A DNA stretch of 64,000 nucleotides from Nitrospirota bacterium (lineage in GTDB: Bacteria > Nitrospirota > JACRHJ01): the NCBI GenBank assembly GCA_963733375.1, contig CAVTDB010000009.1:32001-96000 (forward strand), read 5' to 3'. The translations under genes were made by a program, and so were the position numbers. Shown piece after piece: positions 31,194 to 41,149 of the stretch. The notes beneath the pieces are model-generated. The model did no database searches. It was given only the letters and a program-made list of their open reading frames with translations, and had not been told where the DNA came from. Position 1 is the stretch's first letter; the number at the start of each line of letters is the position of its first letter.

Positions 31194-32240
31194 ATGAGAT
31201 ACTTGTCCACTAGATGGGGGGGGGGGGTATGTTTAGTCTGCTCCTACTCATTTTACAGCCGTCGTTGCAACCGGAGAAGGCCTGATCCGCTTTTGCCGCG
31301 ACCATAGGCTGCGGTCAGTGCCACGGGATTGATAAATACCTCTTCAGTCCGGTATCACATATCAGGGGTAAGTCCTACGAGGACATAATACTCCGCAGAC
31401 CGACAACCTGTCGATTCCGGCTGTGGTTTTACCGGCATACACATGGACTACTCTTCCGTGAGTTTCGGGATGATGGTTCAAAGGGGCAACTGCAACTACT
31501 GCCACAACCAAATGTCCATGAACCGGCTTCGTACGTTTTCCGGTACTTCGCCGCGAGCGGCAAAACCAGTTCAGTCGGGTTGAAGGCAACGTCTCGGGTA
31601 CGGGGATCGGTTCAAACGGCATAGACATCCTCTCTGGTGGGACGGCGACCTGCCGAAGGCCTGCCACAAAGGTACGTCCGCCGTCACACCGCCCCGTGGG
31701 GAAACTACACGTCGGCTTCCGTAAGCTCACCTGCACAGCTGCCATGCGGACGTTAACGGCGCTACCGGCCAGACCTGCCTGTCCGGGACCACGCGGGGCA
31801 TCTGGGTGACGGTGTCATCGTACCGGGCCGCATCAGATGACTCGGCAAACGACGCCGGATGCGCGACTGCCACCCGACACACGGGCCAGGGCAGGCGTCC
31901 ATAGATACCGGCACCGTGAAGGCTTATCCGCCTCGTCGGACGGCCTAACGTAGTGCCTGATAACGTCACACTTCAAGGCAATATCTCCAACCCGGTAAAA
32001 AGCGGCACCAATACGACTTGCACCAGCGCTGCCATCCGAGGAGTTCCACAAATACAAACCCCTCGATATCCATAAAGTGGGGCAGTGCCCTGACTGCACA
32101 TGTGCCATTATTACGAATCCAACCGTCTTCAAGCCATAACGATGCAGACTCCACGGGCAGCTCGACGGCCAACACGATCTGCCTTCGACAGAGGATGCAG
32201 TGCCTGATTGCCATGTAACTACGATACCTTCCAGCTAGCC
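31194..32240 (+). pseudogene. Multiheme c-type cytochrome, heavily disrupted or poorly resolved; 3' end uncertain
   Basis: GGAGG RBS, ATG and signal-like segment; clean CGQCH, CNYCH and CPDCH plus about five frameshifted TGC..TGCCAY motifs; two CxxxCH...WG...CxxCH units like the Geobacter repeat domain. Confidence 0.65.
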
Positions 32241-32485
32241 ACGCTGTGAAATACTCAGGGTTTGCCGGGATTAGCAGCTGCCGCCGAATCGGGCACTCCG
32301 GGCTGCTCTCCGGACTTAAGAGCTCGTTACGGAGGCCGGCGGCCTTGCGACCCGGCTAGCTTTTCCCTGCCCTGTGGGGTGGTGCCTGGTGAGGCTGACA
32401 GGTGGGCCGGCGTTTCGGCTTTCTTGAAGCACCCGGTTTTATGCTATACTATTTATATTGGCGTATAAATTTGGGAGGTGTGCAG

Positions 32486-32674
32486 ATGAAAACCGACCCC
32501 GTATGCGGAATGGACGTGAAGGAGGATACTCAGTACGATACGCTCCACGGGGGGAGAAAGATGTATTTCTGCAGCCGAGACTGTCAGCAGAAGTTCATCA
32601 AAAACCCTGGGCAGTACCTTACCGGCCAAAGCAAGCAGGAAGGTACCGAGAAAGGCGGCAAGAAAGCTGCTTAA
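32486..32674 (+). CDS. YHS domain protein
   Basis: DPVCGMDV...YFCSRDCQQKF; GGAGG RBS. Confidence 0.9.
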   Translation: MKTDPVCGMDVKEDTQYDTLHGGRKMYFCSRDCQQKFIKNPGQYLTGQSKQEGTEKGGKKAA

Positions 32675-33160
32675 AAGTTCAGCTTACTGTCCTTGTAATA
32701 AGTCTTGAAGCGCCGCTTGAAAGCGGCGTTTTTCTTTTTCTTGTTTTCTATAGGCCCGATAACGGCGAGAGACAGCGCCGCCGCGGTGGAGTCTAACATC
32801 ACGTCTGAAACCTTCCCCGTCCTCTGGCTCCCTTCCAGGTACTGGTGGAACTCGTCGCTCGCAGCCCAGAGCACGGATATCGCCAGGACGGTCAGCGCCG
32901 CCTTGGCTATGCTCATGCGCGACCCTTTTACCAGGCCTCTAAACCACAGGACGGCGAGGATCGAGTACACGGTGACGTGCGCGGCCTTCCTGACGAAAAA
33001 GTCGATTTCGTTCAGAGAGGGCGTTATACTCGATATCGAAAAAATCAAGTGTCCGGCTGAGAATGCCGCTTGTAAGGGTTGAGCTGAAAGAAGGAGTGGA
33101 CAACACGAATATTATTGCCATCCAGATTAAGGCGGGAATATAAGGTTTTATCCTGCTCAA
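32671..33160 (-). CDS. VanZ family membrane protein (frameshifted)
   Basis: IWMAIIFVLS, VRKAAHVTVY, SDEFHQ, RTGKVSDVMLD. Confidence 0.85.
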
Positions 33161-33851
33161 GTTTTGCCGGTCTTTCGTGTTATGAAGTCTCCGATTAAAG
33201 CTGGGTTTCCTTCTTTGAAATCCACGAACTTCACCCCGTACCTTTTCATTTTCGCGCGCGCTCTGAGCAACCCTCATGACCTCGGACCTTACAACGACTC
33301 TGCTAAATCCTGCCGCGCCCAAGAGGAAGAAAGAAGCCTCGACGCCGTCGCCGATGTTTAAATCCCTTTCGCACTCGAACAGAAGCCCGTTGGTGCTGAC
33401 ATCCACGGTATTGGCGATAAAGAACTCGCTCCCAAGCCTGCCTTCGATTTTTATCTTTATCAGTATCCTTATCGACTGCCTGGCCGGGACCCCCAGGAGC
33501 TTGGCTATTTTTACCGCCAGTTCCTGCCTGTCTATCGGCTTCTTTATATAATCGTTGGCTCCACAGGCCTTAAAGCGCTCGATCTCCTTCTCGTCGTTCA
33601 GCTAACGTCGACAGGATAATCGAGACATGCTTAAGCTCCGGGTCCTGCCGGATAACCCTGCAGACCTCGTCGCCGCCCATGCCGGCCATGTGCAGGCACA
33701 TGATTATTATATCCGCTTTTTCCTTTTTATGCACGTCCAGGGCTTCCTGACCGCTGGTGGCGGTAAAAATCTGGAATATATCCCTATCCAGCAGGCCCCT
33801 CTCGCGCTCCAGGATTGAGCGGATATTGTCGACCAATAATATCTTCTTCAT
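33157..33851 (-). CDS. Receiver domain-PilZ protein (frameshifted)
   Basis: KKILLVD receiver, GANDYIKKP; PilZ motifs RQSIR (RxxxR) and DVSTNG. Confidence 0.8.
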
Positions 33852-35638
33852 TTTCCTATAATTTCAGCGGCCCTGGCCGCGGCCTCATCCTTTGGTACTT
33901 TCACCATCTCGCCCGTGCTCCTGCTCTTTACCTCCACCATGCCAACGCTTAAGTTTTTCTCGCCCACCACCACGCTCACGGGGAAACCGATCAGGTCCGC
34001 GTCCTTGAACTTGAACCCTGCCCGGAGGTCGCGGTCGTCCAGCAACGCCTCCACGCCAGCCTTCAGCAGGGAGTTATAAATCTCGCGCGCCGCGCTCATC
34101 ACGTCCTGGTTATTTATGTTCAGAGGGAGCACCACGACCTCGAACGGGGCAAGCGGCGCGGGCCATTTTATCCCGTCCTTGTCGTTGTTCTGCTCTATCG
34201 CGGCGGCGGCCGTGCGTCCGACGCCTATGCCGTAGCAGCCCATTATCATAGGCTTTTCCGTGCCGTCTTCGTCGAGGAATTTGCAGTTCATGGCCTCGGA
34301 GTATTTCGTCCCCAGCATGAAGATATGGCCGACCTCGATGCCCTTGAATATCTCTATTTTGCCTTCGCCGCATTTCGGGCATGGGTCGCCTGCGACGATA
34401 TTTCTGAGGTCAGAAAATGGCTTACCTTTAGCAAATACCAATCTGATAGTTCAAATTAAAATCGCGTCCGATGTTCACATTTTTTAAATGCGTATCCGCC
34501 TCGTTCCCGCCAGCAATGAAGTTCGTCATCCCCTTCACGGCGTTATCCGCGATTATAGGCACACGTGCCTCTTAAGGCCGACCGGCCCGGCAAAACCGGA
34601 CGGCGCATCAGTCACTCGTTCGACGGTCTCCTTGTCAGCGAGATCAACCTCTGCCTCAGCGCCAAGAAGTTTCTTTTGAGCTTTATCTCGTTTACCTCAT
34701 GATCGCCACGGACGAGCACCGCAATTACTTTTTCTTCTCTGCGTATCTTCTTGTATATCAGCGTCTTTACCAGCTTCGACGGCTTCACGCCAAGAAATTC
34801 GGCGACCTCCTCGACCGTCTTCTTGCCGGGCGTGCTGACTTTTTCGATCGGCTTTTCAACTTCATCTTCCTCGTCAAGCAGTTCCCTCGGCACGCGGTTC
34901 TTATCCACTATTTCTGGCGGTTTGCACTCCGCCTTCTCCACGTTCGCCGCGTAATCGCAACTGTCGCAGGAGGCGATGAAATCCTCGCCCGTCTCGGCCA
35001 AGACCATGAACTCGTGCGAAAAGCTCCCGCCGATGTTCCCGGTATCCGCCTCCACCGCGCGGAAGTTCAGGCCGCAACGGGTGAAAATTCGCTTATACGT
35101 CTCATACATGTTCCAGTATTCGGCTTCGGCGGACTCGTTATCCTTGTGGAAGCTGTACCCGTCCTTCATGATGAACTCGCGCCCGCGCATGAGGCCGAAC
35201 CTCGGGCGAATCTCGTCTCTGAACTTCGTCTGTATCTGGTAGAGGTTTATCGGGAGTTGCCGGTAGGACTTCACCTCACGGCGGACAAGGTCGGTTATGA
35301 CCTCCTCGGCGGTGGGGCCGATGCAGAACTCGCGCTCATGGCGGTCTTTCAGCCTTAAGAGTTCCTTGCCGTAGTAGTCCCATCTGCCGGACTCCATCCA
35401 CAGTTCCGCGGGCTGGATGATGGGCAGCAGGACCTCCTGCGCGAAGGCCCGGTCCATCTCCTGCCGGACTAATCTCCGCGACCTTGCGGACAGTGCGCCA
35501 TCCAAGGGGAAGGTACGTATATATGCCCGCGGCGATTTTTCTTATCATCCCGGCGCGCATCATCAGCTTATGGGAGATAACCTCCGCCTCGGCAGGGTCC
35601 TCCTTCAGAGTCGGTATCAAAAGTCTGGAATATAGCAT
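33848..35638 (-). CDS. proS: Proline-tRNA ligase (several frameshifts)
   Basis: [50 protein letters not shown]. Confidence 0.97.
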
Positions 35639-35719
35639 TTTGTTTTTGTGTCTTTAGAGTTAGTATGGGTTAACGGCTTGGTGAGTATATAACTAAGACG
35701 TTATTTTTACAATCCAATT

Positions 35720-36784
35720 TCAATCGGCGGCGGCTTCCTCGACTTCTTTCACCAGCGCGTCGGCAAGCTCGTCTTCTTTAAGCTTTTTTATTACTTCCCC
35801 GTGCCGGAATAGTAAACCCCTCCCCTTGCCGCCGGCTATGCCCATGTCCGCCTGCGCGGCCTCGCCGGGGCCGTTCACTATGCAGCCCATCACCGCCACA
35901 TCGAGCGGCTTCGTCACGTGGCTGAGCCTTCGCTCCACCTCCTGAGCCAGCCCGATTACGTCTATCTGGGTCCTGCCGCAGGTGGGGCAGGAAATTATGT
36001 TTATACCACGTTCCCGGAGCTTCAGCGCCTTCAGCATCTCCCACGCCACCCGTACCTCTTCCACGGGGTCCGCCGTCAAGGAGACGCGCATGGTGTCGCC
36101 TATGCCCTCCGCCAGAAGTATCCCCAGGCCTACGGAGGATTTCACGGTGCCGGAAAATAGCGTCCCCGCCTCCGTCACGCCAATGTGCAGGGGGTACCTG
36201 GCCGTCTTTGACATCAGCCTGTAGGCGTCCACGGTGGTCGGCACGTCCGACGCCTTTATGGAGACCTTCATATCCAGAAAATCCAGGTCTTCCAATATCC
36301 GCACGTGCCTCATGGCGGATTCGACCAGCGCTTCGGGCGTCGGCCTTCCGTATTTTTTCAGCAGGTCCTTCTCCAGGGAGCCGGAGTTGACGCCGATCCG
36401 TATCGGCACGCCGCGTTCCTTGGCGGCTTTCACCAGCTCCACGACCTTGGCCTTCTCGCCGATGTTGCCGGGGTTTATCCGCAGGCCGTCCACGCCCTTG
36501 TCGATTGCCATAAGGGCCAGGCGGTGGTCGAAATGTATGTCCGCAACCAGCGGGATGGATATCGCTTTTTTTATTTTGTCCAGTGACCGGGCCGCTTCCA
36601 TGTTGAGCAGCGCGACCCGCACGACCTCGCACCCCGCCTTCGCCAGTTCGTTAATCTGCCTGACGGTGGCCTTCACGTCGCGGGTATCGGTATTGGTCAT
36701 GGACTGGACGGCTACAGGCGCGCCGCCGCCGATGGGAACGCCGCCGAGTGTTATCCTGCGGGTTTTTTTGCGGGTGATTTTCAT
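35720..36784 (-). CDS. ispG: HMBPP synthase
   Basis: VQSMTNT, ADIHFD, RINPGN, SCPTCGR, MGCIVNGPGE. Confidence 0.97.
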   Translation of the reverse strand: MKITRKKTRRITLGGVPIGGGAPVAVQSMTNTDTRDVKATVRQINELAKAGCEVVRVALLNMEAARSLDKIKKAISIPLVADIHFDHRLALMAIDKGVDGLRINPGNIGEKAKVVELVKAAKERGVPIRIGVNSGSLEKDLLKKYGRPTPEALVESAMRHVRILEDLDFLDMKVSIKASDVPTTVDAYRLMSKTARYPLHIGVTEAGTLFSGTVKSSVGLGILLAEGIGDTMRVSLTADPVEEVRVAWEMLKALKLRERGINIISCPTCGRTQIDVIGLAQEVERRLSHVTKPLDVAVMGCIVNGPGEAAQADMGIAGGKGRGLLFRHGEVIKKLKEDELADALVKEVEEAAAD

Positions 36785-36805
36785 AGTTCCTCTTGCTCGG
36801 AAAAA

Positions 36806-36915
36806 CCTTTGTTACCTTTTTGGTAAAAAGGTAACACCAAAAACTTTTAGACTTTTTTCAGCCCCGCTTTTCTTTGTGTTACTTTCTTTTCCCGTGAAAA
36901 GAAAGTAACGGTTTT
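36806..36915 (-). repeat. Double-hairpin intergenic element, copy C (inverted relative to A and B)
   Basis: Minus strand: GTTACTTTCTTTTC-acgg-GAAAAGAAAGTAAC, linker ACAAAGAAAAGCGG..TAAAAGTTTTTGG, then GTTACCTTTTT-acc-AAAAAGGTAAC. Confidence 0.85.
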
Positions 36916-38272
36916 ACTTCCACATCGGCGAAAAGCCCAGTATCCGCATGATGTCGTTATAGAACACGAAAACCATCAGCGCGATGAGCATGAAAAGCCC
37001 GACCTGCTGGGCGACCTCGCGCGTGCGCATCGAGAGCGGCTTTCTCTGGATGGCCTCTATCCCCAGAAACATCAGGTGCCCGCCGTCCATGATAGGCACG
37101 GGGAAAAGGTTTATGACGCCCAGGTTTACGCTAAGGAGCGCAATGAAGATGATGAAATCCGCAGGTCCCTGCCGCGCCTGTCTTCCGGAGAGCTGCACTA
37201 TGGCGATCGGCCCCCCCACCTGGCTGGCGTCCTCCTTGCCGCCTATCAGACGGCCAAGGAACTGCACCGTAAGGCTGGTCATCATGTAGGTGCGCTGCGC
37301 GGCGAGCTTCAGGGATTCAATCGGCCCATAGGCCATATTCTCCAGGTCGGTGCCCATTTGGACGCCTATTATCCCGTATTGCTTTTCACCCGTTTTCGCC
37401 TCGTTCAACTTGGGAGTAATTTTTGCGTCAAAACGTTTTCCGCCTCTATCAATCGTGAAATCAAGCGTCTTGCCGGGATTCATCTTGACTATGTCTGCCA
37501 TTGCTGCCCATGAACCGACGGGGCGGCTGTCCACGGCAAGGACATGGTCTTTTGATTTAAGGCCGGCAATATCCGCCGGAGAACGGGCCATGACCGCGCC
37601 GATTACGACTGATCCCCTCAGACCCAGGTCTCCCTTCCCGTTAACGTCCGCCGGGACGGCTGTCAGTTTAACGACCTGCCCGCCCCTCCGGACCGAAAAG
37701 GTCATTGCCTGTCCGGGATGGGCCTTTATCAATTCCGCCACCTGCTCCCATACGTCCACGTAGTCCCCGTCCACCTTCTCTATTACGTCGCCGGCTTTAA
37801 ATCCGGCGCTTGCCGCGGGACTTCCCGGCGCCACATCGTCCACCTTTGCAATCGCGGTGGGGAAGCCGGTTAAAAAGAGAATGTAGCAAAGCAAAATAGC
37901 CAGCAGGATGTTAAAGAGAGGTCCGGCAAAGACGATAGCCGCGCGTTTCCAGATGGGCTGCTCCATAAACGCGTGCTTTTTCTCCTCGGGCGAGAGTTCC
38001 TTCGTTTCTTCGTCCTCCCCCAGCATCTTTACGTACCCGCCGAGCGGAAAGGCGGAGATCATGTACTCCGTCTCGCCCATCTTCCAGCCGACGATTTTTT
38101 TCCCGAAGCCGAGCGAGAACTTAAGGACCGATACCCCGGAGAGTTTCGCAACTATAAAATGCCCCATCTCGTGGGCGAATATGAGAAGGCCAAGGGCCAC
38201 TACCGCGGCAAGTATTCCGAAAACCGCAGGCAAAAATCCCGCCGATGCGGCTTCTAAGAGAGTGCTGTGCAA
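36914..38272 (-). CDS. rseP: RIP metalloprotease RseP with two PDZ domains (exact start uncertain)
   Basis: HEMGH, PLGGYVKM, NLFPVPIMDGGH. Confidence 0.95.
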   Translation of the reverse strand: MHSTLLEAASAGFLPAVFGILAAVVALGLLIFAHEMGHFIVAKLSGVSVLKFSLGFGKKIVGWKMGETEYMISAFPLGGYVKMLGEDEETKELSPEEKKHAFMEQPIWKRAAIVFAGPLFNILLAILLCYILFLTGFPTAIAKVDDVAPGSPAASAGFKAGDVIEKVDGDYVDVWEQVAELIKAHPGQAMTFSVRRGGQVVKLTAVPADVNGKGDLGLRGSVVIGAVMARSPADIAGLKSKDHVLAVDSRPVGSWAAMADIVKMNPGKTLDFTIDRGGKRFDAKITPKLNEAKTGEKQYGIIGVQMGTDLENMAYGPIESLKLAAQRTYMMTSLTVQFLGRLIGGKEDASQVGGPIAIVQLSGRQARQGPADFIIFIALLSVNLGVINLFPVPIMDGGHLMFLGIEAIQRKPLSMRTREVAQQVGLFMLIALMVFVFYNDIMRILGFSPMWK

Positions 38273-38344
38273 TTTTCCTCCAAAAAAACGGGATTCTTAT
38301 TCCGAATATGCAACACGGCGCGAATAAAGCTATTTTACCACAAT

Positions 38345-39493
38345 TTATTTTTTTATAAGCTTTATCGCCGCAATCCTGGCCCACCTGTCCGCCGAAACTA
38401 TGTCGTCCACGGACTTCGGCTCCCAGGGGGAATGCAGGTCCATGACCTTCCTTATCATTGCCGGGATGTCCGTAAAACCTATTTTTTCTTCCAGGAACGC
38501 CTGCACGGCCACCTCGTTCGCCGCGTTCAGGACTGCCGGCATCGTCCCGCCCGCTTTCAGGGCGTCGAAAGCGAAAGACAGGCAGGGGAATTTCTGCAGG
38601 TCCGGCGCCTTGAACGTCAAACGCGCCACCTTGGCCAGGTCCAGTCCGGGGATGTTCTTCTGGAGCCTTCCCGGGTATCCCAGGGCGTATGATATCGGCC
38701 CCCGCATGTCCGGCACGCCAAGCTGCGCGATTACGGAGCCGTCTATGAACTCCACCATGGAGTGAATTATGCTCTGCGGGTGGACCAGGACCGATATCCT
38801 GTCCAGCTCGACGTCGAAAAGCCACTTGGCCTCGATGACCTCCAGGCCCTTATTCATCAGGGTGGCGGAGTCTATGGTTATCTTCTTCCCCATCTCCCAG
38901 TTCGGGTGCTTGAGGGCGTCCGCGGGCTTCACTGTCTTCAGCTTCTCCGCCGAATACTCCTGGAACGGTCCGCCCGACGCCGTCAGGGTAAGCCGGACAA
39001 GGTCCATCTTCCGGTGGCCTTTCAGGGACTGGAATATGGCGGAGTGCTCGCTGTCCACCGGAAGGAGCTTTACACCTTGCCGCTTTACAGCGTCCATAAC
39101 TAAGGAACCCGCGCAGACAAGCGTCTCTTTATTGGCCAGCGCTATGTCCTTGCCGGATTCTATCGCGGCCATCGTCGGGATTAGTCCCGCCGCGCCGACG
39201 ATGCTCGATACGACCATATCGACGCCGTCGAGCGACGCCGCCTCCACCAGCCCCTCTACTCCGTGCAGGACCCGGACGCCGTTCCCAAGGCGTTTTTTAA
39301 TTGTCGCCGCGTCCTTCTTGTCCCGCACCGTGACGACCTTCGGGTTAAACTCCCGCGCCTGTGCTTCAAGGAGGTCCACGTTTGCGCCGCAGGAAAGGGC
39401 CAGCACCCGGAACCTGTCCGGGAACCGCCTGGCCACGTCCAGAGTGTTTACTCCGATAGAGCCGGTACAGCCTAAGATGGAGATGTTTTTCAT
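38345..39493 (-). CDS. dxr: 1-deoxy-D-xylulose 5-phosphate reductoisomerase
   Basis: LGCTGSIG, LANKE, PVDSEHSAIFQ, HPNWEMGKKITIDSA. Confidence 0.97.
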   Translation of the reverse strand: MKNISILGCTGSIGVNTLDVARRFPDRFRVLALSCGANVDLLEAQAREFNPKVVTVRDKKDAATIKKRLGNGVRVLHGVEGLVEAASLDGVDMVVSSIVGAAGLIPTMAAIESGKDIALANKETLVCAGSLVMDAVKRQGVKLLPVDSEHSAIFQSLKGHRKMDLVRLTLTASGGPFQEYSAEKLKTVKPADALKHPNWEMGKKITIDSATLMNKGLEVIEAKWLFDVELDRISVLVHPQSIIHSMVEFIDGSVIAQLGVPDMRGPISYALGYPGRLQKNIPGLDLAKVARLTFKAPDLQKFPCLSFAFDALKAGGTMPAVLNAANEVAVQAFLEEKIGFTDIPAMIRKVMDLHSPWEPKSVDDIVSADRWARIAAIKLIKK

Positions 39494-40352
39494 TTCAGTG
39501 TGATGCCTTTGGCGGCCAACGCAACTAACGTGTAGTAATAAAGGGCGGGGGCGTTTAAGGAGCATGCTGTCCACCCTGTCCAAAACACCGCCATGCCCGG
39601 GAAATATCCCCCCGGAGTCCTTTGTCCTGGCGCTCCTCTTTATCATCGACTCCGCCAGGTCCCCTGCCTGCCCCACTATCCCAAGGACTATACCAAGTCC
39701 CAGGGCGTCGTGCAGCGGCAGTTCCTGATAAAACCATATCCTGCAAACAAGCGACATGCCGATGCCCGAAAGAAGACCGCCGACCGCGCCCTCCCATGAC
39801 TTTTTGCGGGCTTATCTTCTGGTACAGTTTGTGTTTCCCAAAGCGGCTGCCTATGTAATACGCCCCGGTATCGGTCGCCCAGGTGACGACGAAGAGGAAA
39901 AATACGAGTTGCCGTCCATCCACCTCCGGGGTTTTCCATGCGCGGAGCAGGATTATGTAAGCCGACAGCCATGCGACGTAAACTACGCCGGTGAAGGTAA
40001 GGGCCACGTCCACCATCGCGCCGTTTATGTCTTTACTGGAAAAAAGCCGGAACAGCAGGGCGACCACGAAGGCGGACGCGACCATGACGTCCGGGGAAAA
40101 GACCTTGGCGTATTGCCAGTCCGGGAGTTCGGCCCCTACATAAAACCCGCAGATGACCAGGGCGCCCACGAACATCCCGACGAAGGTCTGGGGGCGGTAG
40201 CCGCTGTTCTTGAACATCCTGTAGAACTCGTACAGGCCCACCATGACACAGGAGAGGATAAGGAAAAAGAATGCCCGGGACCCGCCGTACTGCACTATCA
40301 GATAAAGAAGCGGAATCATCAATGCCGCCGTCAGAACCCTCTTATAGCCCAT
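39490..40352 (-). CDS. cdsA: Phosphatidate cytidylyltransferase (frameshifted)
   Basis: WATDTGAY, KISP, GDLAESMIKR...KDSG..PGHGGVLDRVDS. Confidence 0.95.
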
Positions 40353-41145
40353 TGTCTGTCCCCAGTTGCTCGGATGTCTTGCCGAACCGCCTCTGTCTCC
40401 CCTGGTAGTCCAGGATGGCGATCAGCAGGTCCCTCTCGGTAAAGTCCGGCCAGAGGGACTCCGTGAAATAAAGCTCGGCGTAAGCCATCTGCCAGAGCAG
40501 GAAATTCGATACCCTCTTCTCACCCGAGGTCCTGATGATTAAATCCAGGTCCGGAAGTCCGTCGGTGTCCAGGTACGAGGAAAAAATCTTTTCGTCGACG
40601 GCGGACGGGTCTATTTTACCCGCGTTTAACGCCGCGGCCATTTTTTTCGCCGCCTCGGTTATCTCCCAGCGGCCGCCGTAGGAGAGCGCAAGGTCCAGCA
40701 CCATCCCGGTATTGGAAGCTGTCTCCGCCTTCGCCTTGTCTACCCAGACCCTGGCCTCTTTGGGCAGGTCATCCAGCCGTCCAATCGTCTGAAAGCGGAT
40801 GTTCTCCCTCTTCATGAGGGATATCTCCCGCTGCAGGTAGATAGCCAGAAGAGACATAAGCGCGGATACCTCACGCGGAGGCCTGCGCCAGTTCTCTAAA
40901 GAGAAGGCATAAAGCGTCAGCGCAGGTATCCCATGCCTGGAACATGCCTTCACCACGTCGCGGACTACATCCATCCCCTTTTTGTGGCCGGCTATCCTCG
41001 GGAGCCCCCGTTTCGCGGCCCACCTGCCGTTCCCGTCCATAATTATGGCCATGTGCCTGGGAAGGCGGCCCGGGTCCACCAGGGCCAGGAGTTCTTCACG
41101 GCTTAAGTCGGGATAGTTCTTTATCTGCGCCAGGGTGTGTTCCAA
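40342..41145 (-). CDS. uppS: Undecaprenyl diphosphate synthase
   Basis: IIMDGNGRWA, FSLENW, IRTSGEKRVSNFLLWQ. Confidence 0.97.
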   Translation of the reverse strand: MEHTLAQIKNYPDLSREELLALVDPGRLPRHMAIIMDGNGRWAAKRGLPRIAGHKKGMDVVRDVVKACSRHGIPALTLYAFSLENWRRPPREVSALMSLLAIYLQREISLMKRENIRFQTIGRLDDLPKEARVWVDKAKAETASNTGMVLDLALSYGGRWEITEAAKKMAAALNAGKIDPSAVDEKIFSSYLDTDGLPDLDLIIRTSGEKRVSNFLLWQMAYAELYFTESLWPDFTERDLLIAILDYQGRQRRFGKTSEQLGTDNGL

Positions 41146-41149
41146 TGCC

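Noticed and set aside
32939-33406. PilZ-VanZ fusion ORF
   Set aside because: Frameshift artefact; a separate stop (33157) and start (33160) are present.
38345-39757. CdsA-Dxr fusion suggested by the 470-aa ORF
   Set aside because: A frameshift in cdsA puts part of its C-terminus in the dxr frame; dxr has its own ATG at 39493.
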